A stretch of 64,000 bases of DNA from Octopus bimaculoides (Eukaryota), in the NCBI RefSeq assembly GCF_001194135.2, contig NC_068987.1:13913109-13977108 (forward strand), written 5' to 3'. The position numbers and the translations under genes are program-made. The notes beneath the pieces are model-generated. The model was not told the origin of the DNA. It made no database searches and saw only the letters and a program-made list of their open reading frames with translations. Of this stretch, positions 25,248 through 37,800 are shown in pieces. Position 1 is the first letter of the stretch. Every line of letters begins with the position of its first letter.

Positions 25248-26957
25248 GATGGGCTTCTTTCAGTTTCCCTCTACCCGGTCTTCTCACTAGGCTTTGGTCA
25301 GCCAGGGGCACTTGCCCAAGGTGCTGTGCAGTGGTACTGAATCCTATTGCACATGGATAGGAAGCAAGCTTCTAAACCACATAACCATACAGTGATATAA
25401 ATATAAATTGCCAATTCTTCAAATTGTAGATCAGCATCTTCCTAATTTATCCTGTAAGTTAACCCTCAAGAGAACTAAAATCGGATTTTCAAAACTCAAA
25501 TTGAAAATGAAAATGAAGAGATGTTAAAAACCGTCAAGGGTGATGACGATGATGATAACAATGATGACAGCATCATCATCATCATCATCAACAACCATTA
25601 CTTTCTTTTTATCCCAGATCCTCTCGACGCAGGTGGCTAGCTTAGTGGGCTCCCACTCTTGACACGTATCAAGGCCCCTCTCCAAAAGAACGTGGGCAGC
25701 ACACATGCTTTTTATTAAGTCAAAATTGTCTGCACTTTTATAACTCTTTTTTCCTTTCTCATGATGTTGGACAAGTTTAACCCTTTAGTGTTCACATTAT
25801 TCTGCCATAATTAATGCTTTTTTATCCACATTGTTTTGAACTAATCAAGCATTATCTCGTAGCTATGAGATTTTGATGAGGTAGCTGTTAATTTTTAAAA
25901 TGATATTGTAGGGCTGGTGTGAGAGACCAGATCTGGCCAGTTTGAACATAGAATAGACAGAATACTTTTGGCTGGATATGGCCGGTTTAAATGCTAAAGG
26001 GTTAAAACATTTAAAACATTAGTTATATTTACATCATTAGAGAGAGAGACAAATTAGATTGTTTTTTTGTTTTTTTTGGCTGGAACCTGAAATGGATAAA
26101 TCTATAAATAATAGTATGTAAATATTTGGAGAGAAAAAGTCGATGGCTGCCCATGGGACACAAACTCATATTTTCTATAAACATGACAAACATTCTGGAA
26201 AACTTTTGACTTCTTCCATCCAAAGATTTTTTTTCTTTTAATCTATTACTTACACACTATTATCTTCAGCTTTATTTACTTTGAGCTTCTCTTTCAAAAA
26301 CAATTAATTTTATTAAAATGATACATTCCCTATTTTTTTAATTCTCACATGCACCACCCACTTTTCAAATTCTACAAAATTAAGTCTAAAATGATTGGGT
26401 GGTTTTTAAGTTTAAGATAATTCATCATTATTATACATTCATCTTTCATTCTGGCATGGGTTGAGTGATTTGACAGGACTTGGCAAGCCAAGGGACTGTC
26501 CCAAGCTGCACTGCTTGTTTTGGCATGGTTTTTTATAGTTGGATGCCTTTCCTAATGTCAACCATTTTGCAGAGTATTCTGGGTACTTTTTAAGTAGCAC
26601 CAGATAAATGAAATTAAATTGTTACAGTTTGATGGTTGGCAGTGGGGAAAAAGGCAGTTCCAAAAAATTGTATTTGGTTCAAATTATTTTCTCAAAAAAA
26701 TACACTTCATCTCCATTATTAATTTCTTGCTCGTTTGTTTGTTTTGCAGTAAACATCCAGTTCCAGATGTGCTTTTTACTACAATCAACCCGCCTGAAGA
26801 AATACAGACAATAGGAAAAGGAACTCTTATACAAGCTCGGTAAGGATCTTATAGAGGAATGCGATGATTGGACATGATCGTTTGGACGCTGACAATTTGG
26901 CACAGTTGACTGGACATACAACATGTTTTAGTGACAGTATATTTGGTGCTGGAGGTA

Positions 26958-27007
<50 letters not shown>

Positions 27008-28411
27008 CAAATACAGAAATATACACATGCAGATAGAAAGAGAGACACACATTACACATGCAAACATCACTAGCTTCCTGAAACATCTGCTTTTCCACGT
27101 TTGTGTGGCGAGATGGCTTTCCTTTTGCCAACCCTGTTTCTAAGTAAGGTAATATTTCCCCATTACCAAACATTGTTCTCGCAGATGATTGGAAATGAAG
27201 GACACTGCTTGTATGATGGTGACACTCACAACTACCATGTGATGTCAAAGTAAGGAGACAGTGACATACATATGTACACACACACAAACACACACACACA
27301 CACACACACATATACATAAAAATTTATATTTGCATAATTATAAATTTTAAGGTGGTGAGCTGGCAGAAACGTTAGCACGCCGGGCGAAATGCTTAACGGT
27401 ATTTCGTCTGCTGTTACGTTCTGCGTTAAAATTCCACCGCAGTCGACTCTGCCTTTCATCCTTTTGGGGTCGATAAATTAAGTACCAGTTACGCACTGGG
27501 GTCGATGTAATCGACTTAATACCTTTGTCTGTCATTGTTTGTCCCCTCTGTGTTTAGCCCCATGTGGGCAATAAATAAATAAATAATTATAAATGTTATC
27601 AAGATTTCTGCTCATAATTTATCTTGGTCTATTGCAGGATATATCGTGCGAAAAAGGAAGGCAAAGGAGAAGCTTGTGCTAAAGAAATTAGTGATGTAAG
27701 CATTTCCTATTTGTTATTATTGTTGTTGCTTCAACGATATTTAGCATGGGCATCTGATTATAGAAAATTTGCCTCAACAAATTACCTCTGACCCATGCAA
27801 GCATGGAAAATCATCATCAATTAACATCTGTTCTTCATGCTGACATGGGTTGGACAGTTTAACAGGAACTGGCTAGCTGGAGAGCTCCCTAGGCTCCATT
27901 TTGTCTGTTTTGATTTGGTTTCTATGGCTGGATGCCCTTCCTAATGCCAGCCATTTTACAGAGTGTACTGGGTGCTGTGAACATGACACTGGTACAGATG
28001 CTGATGTTGATATATATATATATATAATATATAATTTAGATATGCTATAAAATTTATAACTGCTATAAAATTCATCTATGCTATAATTTTAATATACTAT
28101 AAAATTTATAATTCATATATATAACTTAGTAACAAATATTCAAGTTACATTAGATGTTATATTTAAAATGTGAAAACTATAAAACATAGAACAGTTTTGA
28201 TATGCTTCAAATCTTTCCTCTTCTTTGAGATCATCTAACTTGAATCTTTTATTCCATCTGTTGATAGTGTTTACCATTTATGGAATATGAACTTCATAAT
28301 CAACTTATAAATAAATTAAAGGTGAGTTAAAAGTTTCCCTTTTTTTTTTTTTGCCTGTGTAATTACTACTACTACTACTACTACTACTATTATTATTATT
28401 ATTATTATTAT

Positions 28412-28455
<44 letters not shown>

Positions 28456-29357
28456 AGGCAGTGAGCTGGCAGAATTGTTACTGTGCAGGGTAAAATGTTG
28501 AGTGGCATTTCTGAGTTCAAATTTCACCAAATTCAACTTTGCCTTTCTTCCTTTCAGGGTTGATAAAATAAGTACCAGTTGTATACTGGGGTCAATGTAA
28601 TTGACTTACGCCTCCCCAGAAATTTCAGGCACTGTACCCCTATTGTAGAAAGGATTATTAGGGTGGCAAGCTGGCAGAATTGTTAGCACTCTGAGAAAAA
28701 TGCTTAGAGGTATTTCGTCCACCTTTACATTCTGAACTCAAATTCCATGTACTAATGGAGCGCAGGGGTTGATGTAATTGGCTAGCCCCCTCTCCCAAAT
28801 TCCAGTCCTTGTGCCTATAGTAGAAAGAATTATTATTATTATTAAGGCAGCGAGCTGGCAGAAACATTAACATGCCGTGTGGAATGCTTAACAGTATTTC
28901 ATTCATCTCCACATTCTGAGTTCAAATTCTGCCGAGGTCGACTTTGCCTTTCATACTTTCAGGGTTGATAAATTAAACACCAGTTGAGTATTAGGGTCGA
29001 TGTAATTGACTAGTCCTCTCCTCAAAAAACTTCAGACCTTGTGCCTATAGTAGAAAGGATCATTATTATTATTATTTCTCTTCTTATCCTTTTTGTCCCT
29101 CTATTTATCAAGATACTACTGATAAATTCTTTGCGCTATAAATTGCAATTTCATCCAAGTATTATTTTTTAATTTTTGTTTGAGGAATTCCACAAAGGAG
29201 ATCCCATTCATGTTTTCTACATGTGTATATCTATTATGAATTTAATATATTTTTAATATTAATATTTATATTCGTAATGTATTTCCTAGTCTGTAATGAA
29301 ACACATGCAGCATGGAATTAAAAATATACCAAACTTTTCACTTTTGTAATACATACA

Positions 29358-29423
<66 letters not shown>

Positions 29424-32400
29424 ACCTACCATTTACCATTCTCTGGTAATACATATGACATTTTTTTCCATTTCAGATGCGTGGTATGAATGGTCTTTTT
29501 GGACTTGTAGTCCATATCACAGTTGGAGAAACAATGTTAGCTGGAATAGCTGTGAGTATCTTTAAAACTTATTACTTCAGTACATTCCTAAAATTTCATT
29601 TTAATTTACCTTCTGCAAGGTGGTGTGCAAGTGTGTGAAGCATGTTTTTGTCACTGTTAATTTTACATGTTAAATAAAGTAAGTTCTCAGTATACCCATG
29701 CAAAGAGTCTGGATTTAACTGTTGTTACATCCCTATCACAAATATATGTTTTGCTTGACTTTTCATAGGGTATGTATTGCTGGGTAATCAGTCTTGTTGA
29801 CTTTCTAATAGGATTTAGTACTTATCATTGACTGTTAGGTGCAGTGAGGCAGTGTGAGATTAGATGTATTTTCTAGAAACACAACAAAATACCAGCAGTA
29901 GATTTGAACTTATTACTCTTGAGCAGGTTGTTGAAATACCTTATCCACTTTGCCATTTCACTTGTAACTCTGCAGCATCTGACATCCCCTACTTCCCCAT
30001 TCACTCCTGGCCCCACTACTTCAGTTATTCCTAACCACCTTCATACCTTGAAGGTCCACCCTGACACCTCATCACCACTCTTTTCTTATCACTTTCCAGC
30101 TCCATCTCATCACTCTCACCTCTTTTCTAAAACGTGGAGTCATGTAGCTCCCCTATAGCTAGAACCCTGTTCTCCTCTGGCCCTTTGCTCTTAGATTTTA
30201 ATCCTTTCTACTCCTCATCTCCCAACATAAAGCTTCCTGCATCTGGATTTGTAGTCTTGCAGGTTGCATGGCAATCTCACTAGTGCTTGTGGCATGGAAG
30301 AAAACAAAAAGCACCCAGTACTCACAGTAAAGTGGTTGGTATTAGGGAGGGCATCCAGCTGTAGAAACCATGTTAAAACATACACTGGAATATGGTGCAG
30401 TTCTTTGCACCTTACTGGATCCTGTCAAACCATCCAACCCATGTCAACATGAAACATGGAAGTTAAATGATGATAATGATGATACACTGTGATTTAGGTT
30501 GAAGTACTTGCATACACATGATGATGAAGAAGAAGAAGAAAACAATGATGATGCATACACTCACACGCACACACACACACCTATGCCAGTCTTCCACATA
30601 GTTTTTAGTTAATTCATTTGATCAACTTCTCCTGTTCCACTCTACAAAGTATTGTCTTTGCACTTTGATGAAATAAATAACTTTTTAGTTGTTATTGTCT
30701 GTTTTTCTTTTTTTTTTCTTCTTTTCTTCTTTATTGCTCTAACTATTGTTTATGAAACCCTTTTGCTATTCTCTTCATTGTTCTATTTTCAGACAGCAAC
30801 TGCTGCCTATCTGAATGCACTACCTGCTCCATCAGTTCCACGTATCTCAGGACAGGTAATAATAATAATATTTAATTTTATTATTAAATGATCCAAACTA
30901 ATCTTTCCTTTTTCCTTTTTCCTTCATTAGACTCTCCTTTCCTTTAGTGATGAGTGAGAAAATCTGCAGCTCATCATATTGATAGGATTACTGCCACATT
31001 TTAATCCAAGGATTGTTGTTGTTACTTCATTTCAGGAGTAGTGCAAATGTAAATAAACAGGCAGATACAAAAGCACATTCACACACATCCACACAGACAC
31101 AAGCACTCACTCACACACATGTACACAAACTCACACACAGTTAACTACACATGGTTTAGTCAATTGATGCCATTAAAATCTGAGTCATTTTATGAATCCG
31201 AGAAGGATAAAAGGAAAAGTTGACATCAGTGAAATTTGAACTCGGATGAAACTAAATGGTGTGTGCTGCATTCATTTGAGCATGTTACCATTTTTGCTAG
31301 TCTGTTATTCTTTACCTAGAGTAATGTCTTGAAGATGAGGCATCTAGTCAGGGTTTTCACAGCCGACAGTTTGGCTGTCTTTCTCTACCCTCTGTTGATA
31401 GTTAACAGCCTGTAATGATTGACTTTCTAATCAATAGAAGAGTAGAAAGTTTGCTTACTGACAAGGAATTTGCAGACATGTTTGGAAGCTATAAGGCTAG
31501 AAATTGTTAATAAGTTTTTTTCTGTGATATAACTTTGTTGTAATATTCTAATACATTTTAACCCTTTAGCATTTAATCTGGCCATATCTGGCCCAAACAT
31601 TCTACTTGCTTTATGTTCAAACTGTCCAGATCTTGCCTCTCACACCTACCCTACAATATCATTTTGAACATATACACTCACAAAATTGAAATCTCAAATC
31701 TACAAGATGGTTACTGATTAGTTGAAAACACTGAGAACAAATAAACATAACATTCAATGGAATAACCTGAATACTAAAGGATTAAACTGTTTATATGGTT
31801 ATGTGCAAGCATGGCAGTGAGGCTAAGAAGCGTACTTTGTAACCACATGATTTCATGTTCAGACCCCTGGTGGAGGCATGTTGCTTAGTGGTTAGATTGT
31901 CAGACTCATGATCATAAGATTGTGGTTTCAATTCCTGAACCAGGCGATGCATTATGTTCTTGAGCAAAACACTTCATTTCATGTTGCCCCAGTCCACTCA
32001 GCTTGCAAAAATGAGTAATCCTGCGATGGACTGGCGTCCCATCCAGGTGGGGAATATATATGTCGTGGAAATCAGTAAACCGGCCTTTATGAGTCGGCAT
32101 GACTCAAAAAGGTAACTTTACCTTTACTCATGCTCAAGCCAGCAGTGTGGCACATTGAGTCAGTGTTTTCTACCTTCTGTTATAGCCCTAGGCCAACCAG
32201 TGTGAATGAATTTAATAGATGGAAACTGTGGAAGCCCATCATATGCATGTCTTTGTCCACTCTTCCACTGCTCGACAACTGATGTTAGTTTGTTTACATC
32301 TCTGTAACTTAACAGTTTGGCAGAAGAGACCAATAGGATAAGTACCAGACTTTAAAAAAATAAGTACGAGAGTCAGTTTGTTGAACTAAATTCTTCAAGG

Positions 32401-33906
32401 TGGTACTCCAGCATGACCACAGTCCAACAACTGAAGCATGTAAAATATAAAAGATTTAACAGTGAACATCTTTTATAATGTCTTCTTCAAATCTTTATTT
32501 TTGTTTTTTTTAGGTGATGACAGCAAGTGACAATAATGATTTGGAGAAATTACAGCAACGCTTAACCACTACTGTACAGAACTTAAAAGAGCAATATGAA
32601 ATATTTGTGCCTGTAAGTCACTAATACTGTCTTTGAGAGTTCCTGGTGGCTTGACTTACATGCACTTACCTAACCCTAAATGATAACACCATGTTCTCTT
32701 TCTTCCTCACTCTCAGATAAAACATGATGCCCCAAAATGAGTTTATCTTATAAACTTTACTCTTGACTGATTGTTGCTCCCACAAACCCCCAGTTTCTTT
32801 GGATTTCAGGTTTTATCTTATCAGGCTACGATACTTGTGGGGTAAAATCTTGTTTGATTAATTCCTTTTGTTCCCTGTGAAGCATAGGCCATCGATGATG
32901 TTTCCCCCATTGTTTCTGACTCTAGGCTATCTTTTCTGTTTCCCTCCAGTTGAATCCCTGCTTTTTCATTTCTACCTCAGTATCTTGCCTCCAGCTATTT
33001 CTAGGGTGTCCTCTCTTCCACATCTTTTGTTGGTTCCAGGTCAGAGCCTGACATGTAATACAGGATGTTGGTTCCCCAAAGGCATAGTATATCCATCCTC
33101 TCTTACTCTTCAGGGATCTGTTCTTCCACTGGTTTCAGCTCATTCCTTTCTGTTACATCTACTCCATGTTACAGTTTTTGAGGAAGTCAGCCTTGCAACT
33201 TCCTTTCAAATTCTTCTACATTATCATATATTTCTCTGAGGGAAGCCCTTTCTTTTCTAGGTCTTGTTGTTATCAATGCTTCTGTTACTTTGCTTTTTTC
33301 CAGGTAGGGACATTAGCCTATGCAAACCCATTTTTACCTCTGAGAAGAGGTGATCCATATTAGCTTGGCCTCTATCCTTTGATACCTTGCCCAGTCCAAG
33401 AGGTTCCACCAGAAGCTTACCCTTCACTGGCTTAGCTCTCAGGGTGGTTGAAGGCACAGAAGCCACCACAATGCAACAAGAAATAAATCTTGTGATGGCT
33501 GGTAAAATTATGGTTCTTTATCTATTGATTATGATAGTGCTAATATACAGTAGAATTTGTGTTTCAGAGTACAACTCTTAGTTTCATATTATGAAAATCA
33601 TTTCCACATCAGGATATGATCATGTTTTTTAACCAAGAGCAGTTCTAATCAAGTAGACTTATGATCGAAAGTATTCTAGGCATGACCATTCCATCTTTTT
33701 GTCTATGAAGGACCACATTGTCCAGTGTGTACTTTGAGTTTTAAAAAAAAACTAAGTCGGTGTCTGTGAAGAAAATAAAGGTCAAAGTGGGATGTAGTTC
33801 TAAAGAGAGATGATTGTAAAATGTTTAGTGCAGGATTTCAATAAACAAGATACAATAGGGATGATGAGAAGAAGAGCAGTGGGCTTCTACTGTAGGAAAT
33901 TTCTGA

Positions 33907-33974
<68 letters not shown>

Positions 33975-34852
33975 AAGACAAAATGTGTGTGATCAGATTT
34001 GCTTAAATATCAATCAACATTAGGAGTACAAAATCCTAAATAGTATTGTATTGGTGCATGCAGGATTGTGTGGTTAACAAGCCTGTTTCTCAACCACATG
34101 CTTATACATCCAATCCCACTGCATAGCACCTTAAGCAATTCTCTCTCTCTCTCTCTCCCTTTTTTTTTTTTTCACCTTTTCATTCAATTTATTCCAGGAA
34201 GTTGCCCCAGGCCAGTCTAGTCTTCGTTGCAGTGCTGATAATACAGACGACAGTGATGAAGATCAGAGTGATTTAGAACTGTCATTTGGAAACAAAGATA
34301 CATTTGTGTTAGAGGTAAGTAAGGACTTTGGCTGGTTCCAGAGCATGAACAGTCTGATCATTGATTTTTATGTCCACCTTTCCATGCTTGCATGGGTTGA
34401 GTTGAGTGACTTCTTGTCCCCGTAACTTAGTAATTCGGCAAAAGAGGCCAATAGAATAAGTACCAGGCTTAAAAAATAAAAAAAGTATTGTGGTCAGTCC
34501 ATTCAACTAAAAACTCTTCAAGTAAGTGCCCCAGCATGGCCACAGTCTAATGACTGAAACAAGTAAAAGATAATGCATAAACAGATCCTGAAAGATTACT
34601 TGGAGATACTTGATGTATTTTATAAATATGCTTAGTTAAAGTTTCATAAAAGCATGAAGCTATTAGCAGCTCTTTTGGTATATATATTAAATTGATATAT
34701 ATTGCCCCCGTGAGGCCCAATGCTCGGAAGCTGCTTTTTACATGCCACTGGCATGGGTGCCAGGTATGCACCACCATCAGATGTGACTACAATTTCACTT
34801 GGCTTGATGGGTCTTCTCAAGCACAGCATATTGCCAATGGTCTCAGTCACTA

Positions 34853-34893
<41 letters not shown>

Positions 34894-37800
34894 AAAAGAC
34901 AGACACAGGTACATCTTATCTTCATGAATATGTATGTACATGCTTATGTGAAAAGTCACAGTTGAAGGAATTGTTGTGTTTATTAACCAGAAGCATATCA
35001 TTTGATATATGCCATCAGGGAAAGTGCATGTTGTCCCTGATTGAGGTTGTTAGCCCTTGTCAAAGTAAATCGCTAATCATGGTGATGCAGCTTACTACTA
35101 TAGACAGTAGGAGCATTGCATAATTAATGAGTGTTTTGTTCATTTAGTCCAACTCTATACTCTTCATGCTAATTCCAAAGCTGTCATAATCATCGTCACT
35201 TCCAACCATTTGACCTCAGGTTCAATCCCATTGTATGGTACCTTGAGCAAATGTCTTCTATTTTTGCCCTGGGTCAGCCAAAACCTTGTGAGTGGTAGAT
35301 GGAAACAGGAAGAAGCTTCTCATGTGTGTGTATGTATATATATATATATATATATATATACGACGGGCTTTTTTCAGTTTTCGTCTACCAAATCCACTTA
35401 CAAGGCTTTNNNNNNNNNNTTTCCAGTCTGCCATATAAAAGAAAAACAAAAAAAAAAAGTGTCTGGCCATGGGGAAATATTATCTTACCTAGAAATAGAT
35501 GAGGGCAGGCAACAGGAAAGGTATCCAGCCACAGAAAAAACAAGCCTCAATAAATTTTGTTTGACCCATGCAAGTATGAAAAAGTGGACATTAAATGATG
35601 ATGATGATGGTGATGATTCCCTTTTATCATTAATCTCTTTACATGCCATTATATTTATATGGAATTCAAGGTAATTCTTTCAAACTTTTGCATCAATCCA
35701 TTGAAAGACAATGCTGTACTACTTCCTCTTTTCCTTTCATACCATCATTCTGTAAATCTTTTAAAATTTTATCTTCTTCAGGTTGATGATGCAAAAGATG
35801 AAACTGTATCCTTGATTTTAGATGACTTCACAGCTCCAGAAGGATTTGAAATATGCAATACAGAAGTACTTCCAGGAGTGACCAACATTGTTTGTAATCT
35901 ACAGGTAAGTTCACAGTTTTGTTTTTTTTGTTTTTTTTTTGCCTATTTTGGGTTATTCTATCACTTTCTTCAATTTACAGATCTTTTTATTTTATCAGCT
36001 AAATGTCCCAAACTAAACATTTTCCTCTTGTTTTTCCTCTTCAGATGTTTACACATGTGTGGCGTGGCAAATGCCAGAAGGTACCAATGACTGTAAAAGA
36101 TTTCTCTGATTTATTTAACCATTTGATTAGGGTAAGTATTATTGCAGCCTTTTCCATCTGTCAGTCCATTTTTGACACTTACTATTCCTGGGAGGTTCAT
36201 TAAGGTTGAGTTCTCTTATGCCCATATTCTCCCTCAACACACTTGGTTTCTGTCCTTTGTGCACACTAACACTATGCAACCAGTAGAGCATGCTTGCTTC
36301 ATTTCATTCCAGCCTTTGCAAATCCTTCACATTCAGCATCTGTGTCTCAGTCTATCATAATATTTGTTCTTCATATACAAGCTCCATACTATCTCTCCTT
36401 CACTTGAAAAGAGAGAGAAGTAATTGTTGTTGCCAACAGAAGTAACAATTCCCTGAATGTTCCCTACTCTGTCATTATACTGGCTACAGTGGCTTCCCAA
36501 CACACAACTCCAGTGCTGATTATGTTACCTAGGTGACAGAAATTATTAGCTGTTTCTAGCAAACTTTCTGGGCAGTTAAACAACTTCATTTCTTGTATGT
36601 CCTAACTGCTGACCATTCTTGTATTCCTTTTACATATGAGATCCTTCTTCTCTTCTAACCTACCTATGTTCCCTCTGCACCTTTTATGTTTGAATTGGGG
36701 TATACAATATAATGTTCTTATTTGCTCCACTTCTAAATATCAAGCATTGCTACTTTGCAAAAGTACCAGTATTTTGTTTTTTTTTTCTCAAGATAAGACT
36801 TTACTATCTTGGCCTTTGTCTTCTCAATTCTAGATTCTGTTTCCATGACTGGAACTGTTCTAGATTCTGTTTCCATGACTGGAACTGTTCCTGTATGTAA
36901 TCAATATTTAAGCTTTATTTATTCATGATACAAAAACAATTATCATTGATTTGTTCTTATTTTTCTTCTAATTTTATAGAAAATTTGCTTTAAATTAAGG
37001 AAGATGGCACCATGCTGTTTAAGTTGCCTTGATTTCAATTTAGAGCTGGCTGATGAAGACGAAGTGCAGGTATAGTTTACATTCAATTATTTTCAGCATT
37101 TAGATATGTTTCCATTCATTATTGATGAATGCTTGATAACAGCTCTCTAATGGTTGTACAGTTGTCAAAATAGTTGTGCCCCTGGGCTGGCTCTTGTGCG
37201 GGTGACACATGAGGTTTCTCGAGCGAGATGAGCGTGGCCTTTGCCAGTACCGCCTGACTGGCCTTCGTGCGGGTGACACGTAAAAGCACCCACTACACTC
37301 TCTGAGTGGTTGGCTTTAGGAAGGGCATCCAGCTGTAGAAACACTGCCAAATCAGATTGGAGCCTGGTGTAGCCATCTGGTTTCACCAGTCCTCAGTCAA
37401 ATCGTCCAACCCATGCTAGCATGGAAGGCGGACGTTAAACGATGATGATGATGATGAGAAAAGCAACATGTTGACTGATGCAGCAAAGGTGGAATCTTGT
37501 GATGGTTCTGAGTAACTGTAGTACTCGGAAATTGCCAGCTCATCTTTTTTTTTTTTTTTTTNNNNNNNNNNNNNNNNNNNNNNNNNNNNNNNNNNNNNNN
37601 NNNNNNNNNNNNNNNNNNNNNNNNNNNNNNNNNNNNNNNNNNNNNNNNNNNNNNNNNNNNNNNNNNNNNNNNNNNNNNNNNNNNNNNNNNNNNNNNNNNN
37701 NNNNNNNNNNNNNNNNNNNNNNNNNNNNNNNNNNNNNNNNNNNGTTGTGCCCCTGGGCTGGCTCTTGTGCGGGTGACACATGAGGTTTCTCGAGCGAGAT

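Noticed and set aside
37050-37062. CUGAUGAAGACGAA motif
   Set aside because: Lies in coding sequence (ADEDE) and lacks helices II and III; chance match.
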